From Candidatus Bathyarchaeia archaeon (GTDB lineage: Archaea; Thermoproteota; Bathyarchaeia; Bathyarchaeales; Bathycorpusculaceae): a stretch of DNA of 64,000 nt. A program made the translations under genes and the position numbers. Numbering within the stretch: the stretch's first letter is position 1; every line of letters begins with the position of its first letter. Below, piece after piece: positions 9,105 to 19,899 of this stretch. The notes beneath the pieces are model-generated. The model was not told where the DNA came from. It made no database searches and saw only the letters and a program-made list of their open reading frames with translations. The stretch is taken from positions 96,001 to 160,000 of the forward strand of contig JBEKKK010000002.1 in assembly GCA_050010755.1 (NCBI GenBank), read 5' to 3'.

Positions 9105-10009
9105 TTGGTTCCCCGTATTTGCATTTTCTGTTTTTCATCCATTTTCGAAGTGTCGATGCCTTCCATCGGCTCGCCTAAACCTTCAGAAGCCTTTGCCAAA
9201 ATTTTCGGATCATCATAATGCATCGTGGCTTCAACAATCGCCTTAGCATACCCCTTCGGGTTCTTAGACTTGAACACTCCCGAACCGACGAATATGCCGT
9301 CCGCACCGAGCTGCATCATGAGAGCAGCGTCGGAAGGAGTTGAAATACCACCCGCAGCGAAATTGACGACGGGCAATCTGCCTAAATCCCTCGTTTCCGC
9401 AACCAGCTCCAGCGGCACACGATACTCCTCCGCCTTTTCCTTCAATCGCAATTTCGACAAATCTTTCAGTGCAGCTATCTCACGATTAACGAGTTTCATG
9501 TGTCTCACAGCCTCAACGACGTTTCCAGTTCCAGGCTCACCCTTAGTCCTTATCATCGCCGCCCCCTCGTTAATCCTTCTCAGGGCTTCGCCCAAGTTTC
9601 TTGCTCCACAGACGAACGGAATCGTAAACTTTCGCTTGTCAATATGATCTTCCTCATCTGCAGGAGTCAACACTTCACTCTCGTCAGCCATATCCACGCC
9701 CAAGGCTTCGAGCACCTGTGCTTCCGCAAAATGCCCAATCCTGCACTTAGCCATGACAGGAATCGTGACCGCACCTATTATCTCCTTAATCTTCTGCGGG
9801 TCCGCCATCCTTGCCACTCCACCCTTGGCCCTTATGTCCGCGGGAACCGCCTCCAAAGCCATAACGGAAACAGCCCCAGCGGTCTCAGCAGTCTTAGCCT
9901 GCTCTCCGTTCACGACGTCCATTATCACACCGCCCTTGCACATCTTGGCAAACCCTCTCTTCAACCTATCAGTGCCCTTCTCTTCAACAATCTCCTTAGT
10001 AACTCTCAC
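9101..10009 (-). CDS. pdxS: PLP synthase lyase subunit
   Basis: [42 protein letters not shown] start after a GGTGAT SD. Confidence 0.97.
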   Translation of the reverse strand: MRVTKEIVEEKGTDRLKRGFAKMCKGGVIMDVVNGEQAKTAETAGAVSVMALEAVPADIRAKGGVARMADPQKIKEIIGAVTIPVMAKCRIGHFAEAQVLEALGVDMADESEVLTPADEEDHIDKRKFTIPFVCGARNLGEALRRINEGAAMIRTKGEPGTGNVVEAVRHMKLVNREIAALKDLSKLRLKEKAEEYRVPLELVAETRDLGRLPVVNFAAGGISTPSDAALMMQLGADGIFVGSGVFKSKNPKGYAKAIVEATMHYDDPKILAKASEGLGEPMEGIDTSKMDEKQKMQIRGTN

Positions 10010-10242
10010 ACCATCACCACAAACAGCCGTAACGAACACAACGATCAGACAGATTTAAGTTTTCTCTTACCACGCTCCAACACGCTACCTTGTCCCAATA
10101 TCATTTGAAGTACGGTAGAGACGGTGCATTGACATGCGCATGGCTGTTTGGCGCGGGCAGGCGCGCATTTGTCTTGAATGTAGTTACAGTTATATCGGTT
10201 ACACGGACTAATGTAAATCGGTGGTTTTCGTTGGCATTTTCG

Positions 10243-10670
10243 AAGCAGCTCTCTGGCTAGATACTGATTGATTCTTCTGCCAAACGATGTGGGAGCTAAT
10301 CACTGATTTTGAGGATTTTCCCAGTTGGAACCCGTTCATTCGCCGGGCTTCGGGAGAAGTCAGGACTGAAGCAAGACTAGAAGTGTTCATTCAACCTTCT
10401 GGAACCAAAGGCATGACATTCCATCCCAGAGTGCTGAAAGTTGACCCAAACCACGAACTGCGCTGGTTGGGACGTCTCTATCTACCCTAGCTGTTCGATG
10501 GCGAACACGCTCTTATAATTGAACCTTCAGGCGAAAATTCTGTCAAGTTCATCCAGCGCGAGAAGTTCATCGGCCTGCTGGTCCCCTTCACTCGCACCCT
10601 GCTACGTGACACTCAGCGAGGACTCGAAGAAATGAACACGGCATTGAAACAACAAGCAGAACAACGATAA
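10243..10670 (+). pseudogene. Degraded SRPBCC-domain gene
   Basis: WELITDFEDFPSWNPF..ELRWLGRLYLP-TAG(10488-10490)-LFDGEH..FIQREKFIGLLVPF..EEMNTALKQQAE continues in frame to TAA 10670. The N-terminus (KQLSG*ILIDSSAKR) is in another frame with a further stop. Confidence 0.8.
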
Positions 10671-10771
10671 AACGAAAACATGTCCGACAATCCGCCTAGA
10701 GGCTCAACCCACAACTGACAAAACAGCTCTAATGCCTAAGAAACTGTGGAATTCCAAGGACTCTCGGAATG

Positions 10772-12136
10772 CTAAAAAGGTGATGTCGGAGCCGGGGGAT
10801 TCCCGCTCTGGCTATTCGTGTTCGATCTGGAGGATTTCCTTCGCCCTCTGAGCAATAGAACGGCTACCAATATGATTGCTACAGCCACGACGACTATTAT
10901 TGCGATTGTCTCGAGCTCCGGAATTCCGCCGGAAGAAGACTGGGAAATCACCGTGTTTCCAGAAGAATCTGTCTTTACCAGCCAGCCATCGTAAATGCCT
11001 ATGCCGAATGAACTAGTGAAACCAGCCATTGCGAATCCTCCGTCACTCGTCACTATCAGAGAATTGGCTTCGTCATCTCCTGACCCACCGTAAGTATTGT
11101 CCCACTGCATATTTCCCGAAGAGTCGGTTTTAACGAGCCAGAAATCAAAGTCTCCAGCTCCATAAGAGTCCGTGGAGCCTGCGATTGCGTATCCTCCATC
11201 ACTTGTTTGAACCACTGCCGAGCCAAATTCGTCTCCTGAACCCCCGTATGTGTGGGTCCACAACACGGTTCCGTTCACATCGGTCTTGACCAGCCAGAAA
11301 TCGTAGCCGCCGGCACCCGTAGAGTTTGTGAATCCTGCCAATGCGTATCCGCCGTCGTTGGTTTGTATCAGAGAGTATGCTTCGTCATCGCCTGAGCCTC
11401 CGTAAGTCTGGCTCCACTTAAGGTTGCCTGAAGAGTCCGTCTTGACCAGCCAGAAATCGTCCATGCCCGCCCCGAAAGAGGCTGTGTACCCTGCCAATGC
11501 GTATCCGCCGTCGTTGGTTTGTATCAGAGAGTATGCTTCGTCGTCTCCTGTTCCTCCGTACGTCTGATTCCACAGCATGGTCCCGTTTGCGTCGGTTTTG
11601 ATCAGCCAGAAATCAAAGCTGCCCGCCCCGTAGGAATCCGTGTACCCTGCCAGCGCGTATCCTCCGTCGCTGGTCTGAATCACGGCGGTGACTTCGTTCG
11701 TTGCCCTTCCTCCGTACGTCTGATTCCAGACCATATTTCCATCAGCATCAGTCTTGACTAACCAAGCACTGGTCTCGCCAGGGCCGAAAGAATCGGTAGA
11801 ACCTGCCAGCGCGTATCCTCTGTCGCTCGTCTGGATTACTGAAAATGCAGTATCATCTCCTGTTCCTCCGTACGTCTGATTCCACAGCATGGTCCCGTTT
11901 GCGTCGGTTTTGACCAGCCAGAAATCGTAGCCGCCTGCACCTGAGGAGTTTGTGAAGCCGCCCAGTGCATATCCTCCGTCGCTAGTTTGAACAACCGAAT
12001 AGAATTCATTGTCTCCTGATAGTCCGTATGCCTGAGTGAACTCCAACGTGGATGCCGCTGCAGACCGAATACTAAACGTTAATGCGAGAAGACTGAGAAA
12101 AACGATGCCTAGAATGAACCGTGTTTTATTCTTCAT
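10772..12136 (-). CDS. Secreted, membrane-anchored beta-propeller repeat protein
   Basis: Signal peptide; seven ~52-aa repeats (QTSDGGYALAG..DFWLVKTD..WNQTYGG); C-terminal IPEL + TM helix + basic tail. Confidence 0.88.
   Translation of the reverse strand: MKNKTRFILGIVFLSLLALTFSIRSAAASTLEFTQAYGLSGDNEFYSVVQTSDGGYALGGFTNSSGAGGYDFWLVKTDANGTMLWNQTYGGTGDDTAFSVIQTSDRGYALAGSTDSFGPGETSAWLVKTDADGNMVWNQTYGGRATNEVTAVIQTSDGGYALAGYTDSYGAGSFDFWLIKTDANGTMLWNQTYGGTGDDEAYSLIQTNDGGYALAGYTASFGAGMDDFWLVKTDSSGNLKWSQTYGGSGDDEAYSLIQTNDGGYALAGFTNSTGAGGYDFWLVKTDVNGTVLWTHTYGGSGDEFGSAVVQTSDGGYAIAGSTDSYGAGDFDFWLVKTDSSGNMQWDNTYGGSGDDEANSLIVTSDGGFAMAGFTSSFGIGIYDGWLVKTDSSGNTVISQSSSGGIPELETIAIIVVVAVAIILVAVLLLRGRRKSSRSNTNSQSGNPPAPTSPF
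10960..12040 (-). repeat. Intragenic 156-nt tandem repeat units (7 copies)
   Basis: Identical stretches at 11334/11490 (offset 156) and 11544/11856 (offset 312). Confidence 0.85.
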
Positions 12137-12419
12137 AAGCAGTCCCGAACAATTGAATTAAAGTTGGCCTAATTCACAGACTGCCTATAAAGATTTCGGA
12201 CGAGTTTACGAAGTCAAACGTAGATGAGCGGCACTGATATTTTCAAATTGCGGACAGCGAACTTTAATCTGGGAACGGTCTTGTTTGCGCGTTCAGTCAG
12301 TTGAGGTGAATTGTAGAAATTGTTAAAAATCTTTAAGAGTTGCCCTGTGGTCTCGCACGGTGGAAGGTTGCAGTTTGAGCGGTAACCGGGTTGATTTGAA
12401 AAAGGAGTGTTTGGGTTAG

Positions 12420-15400
12420 TTGTCTAAGTCTAGTTTCGATCCGTTGAACGCTTTCATAAGGAAATGGCACCGCTGGATTATCGTCGCATGGATCATCGTG
12501 GTCATCGCATGTTTGATTGTGGTTCCACTATTCTTTTCATCAGTTTCTTATAATGTAACTGGCGGTTTTGGCGGGCCCTCGAACAGCGAGTCGCAAAAGG
12601 CGGCTAACATTTTGAATGCAGCGTTTCCCAACTCCAACAATGAGAGCATCGACACTGTCCTCGTGGTTCTTCAAGGCCCACAGGTTTACTCCGATACCGT
12701 GAGAGCCGCAGTTCTCGGCTTGAACCAAACCATCGCGATCGACACTAGCGTCGCGAATTTCAGCGGGGAATCGAGTGTCTATTCGGTTGAGTACGGCCTG
12801 CTGTCTTCATCGGTGCCCAGCTTGGTCCCGCAGGTCGCGAGTCTCGAGCCTGAACTTGCATATGCAAATGCCGAGTTACACTCGTTGGAGCAGAACTTGT
12901 CAGCTCTGAGCACGGGCCTGTTTCAATTGGAAGCTGGAATAAACCAGACTGCACAGCTTGTGTACGGTGTTCCCGCGGCTTTTGTTCAGGCCTGGCAGGG
13001 AGTGATATCTCAAGGAGTTTCAGACCCATACGCTGCCAATGCTGAAGCCAACGCCACGGTGTTCAACATAACGGACAGTTTTGGAGGCAGTGCCACCTCA
13101 CTCGGATATTACACTGTGTTCTTTCCTATTTGGAATTCCACTTTTCAAAGTTTACCGAGCTCGACATCAGTGCTCGACCGCGAAGCCTTCGCGATAAATC
13201 AATCCGTTTCGATGTTTCTTAACAGTGATCAGGTCGATTCACAGACGGCACAAATGATAACCACAGTTGCTTCAGGCTTGAACGTCACGGATTGGAATCA
13301 GGCCGGTGCCGTCGGCAACCTGACAGTTTCAGCTATGTCTTCAAACGTACCTGCACAGTTGACAGCTGCTCTGGGCGTCACGCCCACAGGCCTCGTAGGC
13401 CAATTGTACAGTTTGGGCTCTTCGCCCCCTGAAGCTACACTTGCGAATTACACGATTACGCTGTCCGAAAGCAGTTTTGCCCAGATGCTGAATGCCAGCA
13501 GTGGCTCTTCTGCCTATCAGTTTTTGTATGCTGCTTACAACTTGGGTCAATCGCCAAGTTTTTCTCAGGTGTGGGACAACGCTTCGGCGTTTGTGGCGGA
13601 CGGTGCCCAGGCAGTCTTCTCGGGATCACCGCTTTTTTCCGTGAACAACACTTCTCTTGCCAACCTGCTTTCTCTTCTACCGGAGAACGCAACTGTAGCG
13701 GAAGTGAACGAAGCGGTTGCCAATGTTGTGTCAACTCAGCCGTTTCAAGATTACCCCTTCGTGCCGACAAATTCACTTACGAAGAATTTTGTCAGTGCGG
13801 ACAACAGTTCCATGCTTGTTATTCTTGGTTTTTCCTCGTATCCTGACGCAGGAACGATTGCGCACGTGGAGCTGGATGTGCAGGGTTCTAACTTAGGAAA
13901 TTTGGGGACCGTTTACGTGACGGGTGGTTCGGTCGTTACGCATGACGTTGAGGATGCGTTTTCGCCTGCTTTGGCGCTGACTGTTGGCCCCGGCATCGTG
14001 GTTGCAATATTGATTGTTGGCTTGTTGTTCTTGTCACCAGTTGCTGCTTTGCTTCCGGTTCTGATGGGCGGTGTTTCGGTGGAGGTGTCGCTTGCCGCCA
14101 TCTACGTCGCGATTGTGGGTCTCGGCCACGGCAATATCACGTTTTTGACTCCGACCCTTACGATTCTGTTGATGCTGGGCTTGTCCGTGGACTATGCTGT
14201 TTTGCAGCTACGGAGGACTCGGGAAGAGAGATTGCTAGGCAAGTCGGTTGAAGACAGCGTCGGCATTTCCGTGAGATGGGCCGGACAGGCTGTTCTCACC
14301 GCCGGAGTCACAGTCATCGTGGCTTACATCGTTATGGCCCTGGCAAACGTTCCCATTTTCAGCAGCGTCGCAACTTCCATCGCATTAGGTGTTGGGATTC
14401 TGTTGGCCGTATCACTCACCCTCCTTCCTTCGCTCGAAATTGCTTTGGGCGACAAGGCTTTCTGGCCCGTATTGAAACGCTCTGAGAGTCACGGCGACAC
14501 CAAGAAAAGGCTGAGGGGGTTAGCGACTGGTGTTTTAAAGAGGAAAGCGCTGGTCGTTGCTGTCATCAGCTTGTTGGCTTTGAGCGCTTTCTACGTGGAG
14601 TACAGCACTCCCACCGGCTTGGACTTTTTGAAGTTGATTCCCAATTTTAAGAGCAATCAGGGCTTGACCGTTGTCACGAACAGTTTTGGCAGCGGGACCA
14701 TATCTCCTACGCAAGTGGTTGTGACGACTCCCACGATGATTACATACGGAAACAACCAGTTTAACCAGACTCTACTCGATCAGATTGAAACGATTTGTCT
14801 TGCCGTTGCCGGCACCAAAGGGGTCGTGAGCGTTTCGAGTCCGACGAGGCCCTTCGGTTCTCTCTTCAACTACACTGGCATCGACAGCATGGCTGAGCCG
14901 CTGATACTCCAGTACGAGGAGGGCATGTTCTCGATGATCGGCAATGATAACAAGACTGCCTTGATTAACGTGGGCCTTTCGAGCTCTTCTGAGAGTCCCG
15001 ATGCCGTATCGTCGTTGCTGCAGTTGGAGAATAACGTCGGCAAGGTTTCACTGCTTAGCGGTGTGACAATTCATTACGGCGGAAGTACCCAGTCAATCTA
15101 TGACAGTGAGTCTTTCATCGCGGGTTTGCTTCCCGAGGTCGTTGCGATTCTTGCTGCTGCCGTGTACGTGATACTGTTTATCCAGTTGAGATCAGCCTTT
15201 ACTCCTGTCAGGCTGATTTTCACGATTTTGTGCGGATGTGTCTTGTCCCTGGCTCTGCTTTCAGTCGTCTTCTACAGTTGGCTGGGCTTGCCAATCCTCG
15301 ACTTTGCGCCACTTTTCGTAGTGGTAACCATGCTGGGCGTAGGAATCGACTATGACATTTTCTTCGTTACCAGGATTCGCGAAGAAGCTCTGAACGGTAA

Positions 15401-15650
15401 ATCAGATAACGAGGCGATAAAAACGGCAGTCGAGAAGGTCTGGATAACGATTCTCGGCCTAGGAATTGTGCTGGCAACCGTGTTCGCGTCTCTACTTATC
15501 ACCGGAATCGCGATTCTTCAAGAAATCAGCCTCACAGTCACAGCTGCCATTCTCCTAGACGTACTTGTCGTAATTCCCTTCTTCGTCCCCTCGCTCATGG
15601 GACTCGCACAAAAGTTTAACTGGTGGCCCAGCAAAATACACAGAACCTAA
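12420..15650 (+). CDS. MMPL/RND-family membrane transporter with a large extracytoplasmic insert
   Basis: Two TM bundles with GLSVDYAVL and GVGIDYDIF..RIREE; C-terminal PSLMGL..NWWP. Confidence 0.9.
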   Translation: MSKSSFDPLNAFIRKWHRWIIVAWIIVVIACLIVVPLFFSSVSYNVTGGFGGPSNSESQKAANILNAAFPNSNNESIDTVLVVLQGPQVYSDTVRAAVLGLNQTIAIDTSVANFSGESSVYSVEYGLLSSSVPSLVPQVASLEPELAYANAELHSLEQNLSALSTGLFQLEAGINQTAQLVYGVPAAFVQAWQGVISQGVSDPYAANAEANATVFNITDSFGGSATSLGYYTVFFPIWNSTFQSLPSSTSVLDREAFAINQSVSMFLNSDQVDSQTAQMITTVASGLNVTDWNQAGAVGNLTVSAMSSNVPAQLTAALGVTPTGLVGQLYSLGSSPPEATLANYTITLSESSFAQMLNASSGSSAYQFLYAAYNLGQSPSFSQVWDNASAFVADGAQAVFSGSPLFSVNNTSLANLLSLLPENATVAEVNEAVANVVSTQPFQDYPFVPTNSLTKNFVSADNSSMLVILGFSSYPDAGTIAHVELDVQGSNLGNLGTVYVTGGSVVTHDVEDAFSPALALTVGPGIVVAILIVGLLFLSPVAALLPVLMGGVSVEVSLAAIYVAIVGLGHGNITFLTPTLTILLMLGLSVDYAVLQLRRTREERLLGKSVEDSVGISVRWAGQAVLTAGVTVIVAYIVMALANVPIFSSVATSIALGVGILLAVSLTLLPSLEIALGDKAFWPVLKRSESHGDTKKRLRGLATGVLKRKALVVAVISLLALSAFYVEYSTPTGLDFLKLIPNFKSNQGLTVVTNSFGSGTISPTQVVVTTPTMITYGNNQFNQTLLDQIETICLAVAGTKGVVSVSSPTRPFGSLFNYTGIDSMAEPLILQYEEGMFSMIGNDNKTALINVGLSSSSESPDAVSSLLQLENNVGKVSLLSGVTIHYGGSTQSIYDSESFIAGLLPEVVAILAAAVYVILFIQLRSAFTPVRLIFTILCGCVLSLALLSVVFYSWLGLPILDFAPLFVVVTMLGVGIDYDIFFVTRIREEALNGKSDNEAIKTAVEKVWITILGLGIVLATVFASLLITGIAILQEISLTVTAAILLDVLVVIPFFVPSLMGLAQKFNWWPSKIHRT

Positions 15651-15784
15651 CAGGCTGAAAGCAACACACGACAGAATTCTAATTAAAGAGCACTTTTGAA
15701 AACGCGCACCCTAAGCCTTTCGCAAATCTCGTCTTGTTCGACTACAGGACGTCTACGAGTACAAAATTCTGATTACCTATGCGC

Positions 15785-18355
15785 TCAAATTCCACTTTCG
15801 TATTTCGCCAAGGCAGCCACTTCCACCGGCACCACTTTTCTGTACACACACTCTGGCCTTTTTATCACACCGTCAACCTTCAAGAGATCTTCAACTCCTA
15901 TGCCGAACAACTCCTCGTTTTCTTTCAACAACGGCAGGATCCTTTCCCAGTCTTCATTAGAAATCGTGCCTATTTTACCACCGTTGAGCTGATCCTCACC
16001 GACTGTCTCTCTGGGATCTCTCAAGTATACCGCGCTGGCTGCGGCGAGAGGAAATAGGTTTCCGCCGGGATAGGGAGTTTCTTGCTCCACCATTTTTCCA
16101 TGGTCATCAAAGGCTACACCATTGAGAATCGTAAATCCCCTTGCTGCCATGCAGGATTCGCCCATGTAATCTTTGCACGAACCATTCACTATCGCCGTTG
16201 CGCTTCCAACCGAATTTATCAGCGGCCTGTCGATTAAATCTCCCAAAATGAACGTTACTCCGCCCTTAGCCCCATACTCAAACGCTTTTCCAGCGTCTCC
16301 GAAGACCACTAGCTTTCCTGATCTGAAGCAGTAGGCCACAGAGTCCTGGGCGCTTTCGTGCACATAGAATTCGGGTCCGTCTGCAAAGGCAGCGAGGCAA
16401 TCGCCGACTCTTCCATAAACGTCGATTCTGACTCTGTCTCTGGCGATAAGACCAGCTCCGAAATCTCTCTGCCCCCTGAAATTGTAGGCGATAATGTTCT
16501 TCCAACCCAGTTTGCATGCCCTTTCAAGCAGCTGACACGTGCCTTCTCCTCCCTCGGGAGCGAATGCGGAAACGTCAATGACAAGGGTCTGGTTTGCATG
16601 TACCGGGACTTTCAGCTTGTTTCTATCTTCAAACTTGATTAGACGATATTTTCCGTTTGTGTCCAATTCTCCAGAGCGTGTTGAATCGAAAACATCGAAC
16701 AGTTTTTCCTCAAACAGGGAGACGATGTCGCTTCTTCTTTTTCTGCCGGTGTCGTATCTTCTGTCTATGAGCAGTGTAAGAGTCTCCGCAACGACAGACT
16801 TCTCTTCGTCGCCTTTGTCTGCGTATTTTCTCATTGTTTCTGCAAATGAACACACGTCATCAAAACTCCAGCCTCCAATGTTCTTTGCAACGTATGCGAA
16901 CAGGTCGACGCCTCTCGGTTTATCCTTCAGTTTTTCGTCAATGCATGCAAATTGAGGCGGACTGTGATTTGTTCTCTTCCAATGCTCCTGATGATTCGAT
17001 GCTGCGATAGGTTTCCCAAACTTGTCCGTGCAATGAAGGTTATTCATTTCATCAACAGTGAAAACAAATGCACCGCCGTCAGTGTAGCTGCCTCCTCTGG
17101 CATACCAGTACAGGTCACTCTTTGGATAAAACCTTGAGTCATCCTTCGCCAAGTCCTGTACCATCGCGTCTATCGCCTGCTTCTCGGAACCTATGAAACC
17201 TATCTTGGCCTCTCCTTCTTGGAGGGAGAAGACCTGCGGCCTCAGCATCGAAGTGTCCGTTATGCCGATAAGCTGAAACTCTTTTCTGCGGGGATTGTTT
17301 CTGGCGATGATGAAGAACCAGGGTCCGTCCGGAGAACAATGGATGTGCGTTGCCTGGATTGCCCTGTAGATTTTCTTCTTGTCTTCTGGAAGCATGGCGA
17401 AATCTCTTTCCGTCGTTGGGGCAATCGCTTCAATCGCGTATTCTAGGGGGTATTCATACGTCCGTGTCAAGAGGTCCCAGTACAGGGCGGCGACCTCGGT
17501 GTCCGTCAGGAACAGGGGGGAGATGTCTCTCTGCCTCAGGTATTCGGTTATAGAATGATAATTAGCGAAATCGCCATTGTGGACCAAAGCATCGTGCAGG
17601 CCTATGAACGGGTGCGAACCTCCAGGGTGCCAAATTTTTCCTTTCGTCGGATATCGTTGATGTCCCAACCAAACGTGTGCCTCAAGGTTTTCGAGCTGGT
17701 AGTAGTGCAGAACTTGTTCAGCGTATCCCACAATCTTGAAAACGACGATGTTTTTTCCGTGGGACGCGACGAAGGCTTTCTTGTCGCCCAGAGAGGCATA
17801 ATATTTCTTGTTCAGGGAAAAACTGTTTCTATAAATGAACTCGTCCTCAGTGACTTCTGGTCGGAGCCCGCCGTATCCGTTCTTTTCAATAAACCCGCGA
17901 AGCTTTTCTTCTTTCGCCCTCACGAAGTACCTCCACACCTCTGGAGGTTTGACTTCTAGACCTAGATTTCTGTGGTCCTTCACTTGGATTTTTTCTGCAT
18001 GATCAACATTGAGGTTGGAGTTTACGAATTGAGACTCAACACTCACCCTTACTTTCGGATCGATGTAAGCAACCTGCATTATGTAGTCTTCTTCCAAGAC
18101 TCTCTCTGAAATGCCCAGTTGCTTCGCGGAGAGACCGACAGCCGCGATGCCGCCGCCTTTTCCGTTTCCTCTATTGTGCATCTGTATTAGCGGCCGCAAC
18201 AGGTACTTTCCAGGTATTGGAATAGAACTGGCCGTCCCAAGAACGCCGCATCCGCCTTCCGCCACATTCTCTCGGATCGGGCCGTCAGCGTTGGTGAACA
18301 GGGGCTGCTTGACTGAAACCAGTGGACTGCGAGTGTTCCTATCCATAGTTGTCAC
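15785..18355 (-). CDS. Glutamate synthase subunit: class II glutamine amidotransferase fused to a GXGXG (GltB C-terminal) domain
   Basis: EGG-CGVLG, HNRGNG, GHQRYPT, HPF, LVHNGD, TDTE and DGP motifs, followed by beta-helix repeats (IDVYGRVGD, FGDAGKAFEYGAKGG). Confidence 0.9.
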   Translation of the reverse strand: MTTMDRNTRSPLVSVKQPLFTNADGPIRENVAEGGCGVLGTASSIPIPGKYLLRPLIQMHNRGNGKGGGIAAVGLSAKQLGISERVLEEDYIMQVAYIDPKVRVSVESQFVNSNLNVDHAEKIQVKDHRNLGLEVKPPEVWRYFVRAKEEKLRGFIEKNGYGGLRPEVTEDEFIYRNSFSLNKKYYASLGDKKAFVASHGKNIVVFKIVGYAEQVLHYYQLENLEAHVWLGHQRYPTKGKIWHPGGSHPFIGLHDALVHNGDFANYHSITEYLRQRDISPLFLTDTEVAALYWDLLTRTYEYPLEYAIEAIAPTTERDFAMLPEDKKKIYRAIQATHIHCSPDGPWFFIIARNNPRRKEFQLIGITDTSMLRPQVFSLQEGEAKIGFIGSEKQAIDAMVQDLAKDDSRFYPKSDLYWYARGGSYTDGGAFVFTVDEMNNLHCTDKFGKPIAASNHQEHWKRTNHSPPQFACIDEKLKDKPRGVDLFAYVAKNIGGWSFDDVCSFAETMRKYADKGDEEKSVVAETLTLLIDRRYDTGRKRRSDIVSLFEEKLFDVFDSTRSGELDTNGKYRLIKFEDRNKLKVPVHANQTLVIDVSAFAPEGGEGTCQLLERACKLGWKNIIAYNFRGQRDFGAGLIARDRVRIDVYGRVGDCLAAFADGPEFYVHESAQDSVAYCFRSGKLVVFGDAGKAFEYGAKGGVTFILGDLIDRPLINSVGSATAIVNGSCKDYMGESCMAARGFTILNGVAFDDHGKMVEQETPYPGGNLFPLAAASAVYLRDPRETVGEDQLNGGKIGTISNEDWERILPLLKENEELFGIGVEDLLKVDGVIKRPECVYRKVVPVEVAALAKYESGI

Positions 18356-19899
18356 TTCAGATGATCTAGATGCGCCATGTGATTGAATCTGCCCTTCCTG
18401 AATTTCACTTCGTCACAGGGTCGAAGCTCTCTGATATTGTCAAGACCGAGTTTTTTCAGGATGTAGACCCATTGTTTCTTCCATGAGCTGTACAAGTTGA
18501 TTATCCTCTGAGAACCCCAGTCAACGTCGACGAAATACTTCAGCGCCGAATCTGTTGTGGCTATTCCAGATGGACAGCCTTTTCCTCTTTCGCAGTTTTC
18601 GCATCGTTTACATCCAATTGCGACCAGTTCTGCTGTTCCAATCACCGCTCCATCTGCTCCTAAGGCTATGGCCTTGGCTACGTCGAATGCGGTTCTCAGT
18701 CCTCCGCTGGCCATAATCGTTATCTGATCTCTGACTCCTTCTCTTACCAGATAATTGTGAACGATTGGTATGGCATATTCAACTGGCATTGCAATGTTCT
18801 TCTTTGCTATGTCAGGAGCTGCCCCCGTTCCTCCATACCCGCCGTCTATTTGTAAGATATGGGTTCCCGCGTAGTAGCTTCCAATCGCCACCATGTCAAC
18901 GTCGATAGGAGTTGAAACCTTCACGGATATCAACGCCTGGGGGTTCACATCTTCCATCAGTTGAACATGCCTATAGTGATCCTCGACAGAATAGACGTTG
19001 TGAAAGGGAAATGGAGAAAACAAGCTTATGTACGGAACCACCTCTCGTATCCTTGCAACGTCGGGAGTGACCTTGTCAGCAAGCAGATGTCCTCCCAAGC
19101 CTGGTTTCGCGCCCTGTGCGTATTTCAAAACTATGATCTTTGATCTCTTGATTGTTTCGGCGTTCACCCCGAAGTGGCCAGTTGCAACCTGTGTTACAAC
19201 GTGATCTTTGTACTGAATCAGCTCGTCAGGGTAGCCTCCTTCACCGGTGCTGGTGAACGTGTTCCAAGCCTCGGCAGCTTTGGCTCTTGCAAGCATGACG
19301 TTCAGGCTAATCGAGCCGTACGACATGTCCGCGCTGTAGACCGGAATGGGGATCCTCGTCTCTGGTCGTCCATCATTTCTCTTGTTCAGAACTATGGAGG
19401 TGTCGCAGTCCTCGGTCTCGGACCGTTCCTCGTCAAAGATGTCTTCGTCGCCTAATTCAAAATCAAATCGTAGCTTGTCAAACCCTCCTCCCGAATCCCC
19501 AACTTTGTACTCGTATTTTCTTGAAACTCTTCCAACTTCAGCCTGCTCCCAAGTTGACATTATTAGGTCAGCGGTCCATCGCACGTCGCCGAGGGCAAGG
19601 TACTGCGAGCTGATTTTAACGGACAAAGCATTGTCGGGGCATTCTCGGACGCATCGTTGACACGATAGACCTGTACAAGAAATCTTAGGGACGGCTATGC
19701 GCAGGTATCCGTTCGGCTTTTGATAGGCTTCATAATCTATAGATGAAGCCCCTATGCAGGTTGGGCAAACTTCCGCGCACTTGCCGCACATTGAACATTT
19801 GGACCTCTCGATAATCACTTCGTACTTTTCTATGGAGGCTGGATACTGGGAAGGAGCGGGTTTTACTTCCGGCTTATGGAATAGTTCGTCATGCATCAT
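18352..19899 (-). CDS. Glutamate synthase FMN-binding subunit with an N-terminal ferredoxin domain
   Basis: CSMCGKCAEVCP; MSYGS, TGEGG, QVATGHFGV, AQGAKPGLGGHL, DGGYGGTGAAP, ASGGLR; CKRCENC..CPSG cluster motif. Confidence 0.93.
   Translation of the reverse strand: MMHDELFHKPEVKPAPSQYPASIEKYEVIIERSKCSMCGKCAEVCPTCIGASSIDYEAYQKPNGYLRIAVPKISCTGLSCQRCVRECPDNALSVKISSQYLALGDVRWTADLIMSTWEQAEVGRVSRKYEYKVGDSGGGFDKLRFDFELGDEDIFDEERSETEDCDTSIVLNKRNDGRPETRIPIPVYSADMSYGSISLNVMLARAKAAEAWNTFTSTGEGGYPDELIQYKDHVVTQVATGHFGVNAETIKRSKIIVLKYAQGAKPGLGGHLLADKVTPDVARIREVVPYISLFSPFPFHNVYSVEDHYRHVQLMEDVNPQALISVKVSTPIDVDMVAIGSYYAGTHILQIDGGYGGTGAAPDIAKKNIAMPVEYAIPIVHNYLVREGVRDQITIMASGGLRTAFDVAKAIALGADGAVIGTAELVAIGCKRCENCERGKGCPSGIATTDSALKYFVDVDWGSQRIINLYSSWKKQWVYILKKLGLDNIRELRPCDEVKFRKGRFNHMAHLDHLK

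Noticed and set aside
10960-12040. CRISPR-like periodic repeats
   Set aside because: The period is 156 nt and in frame; these are protein repeats, with no unique spacers or cas genes.
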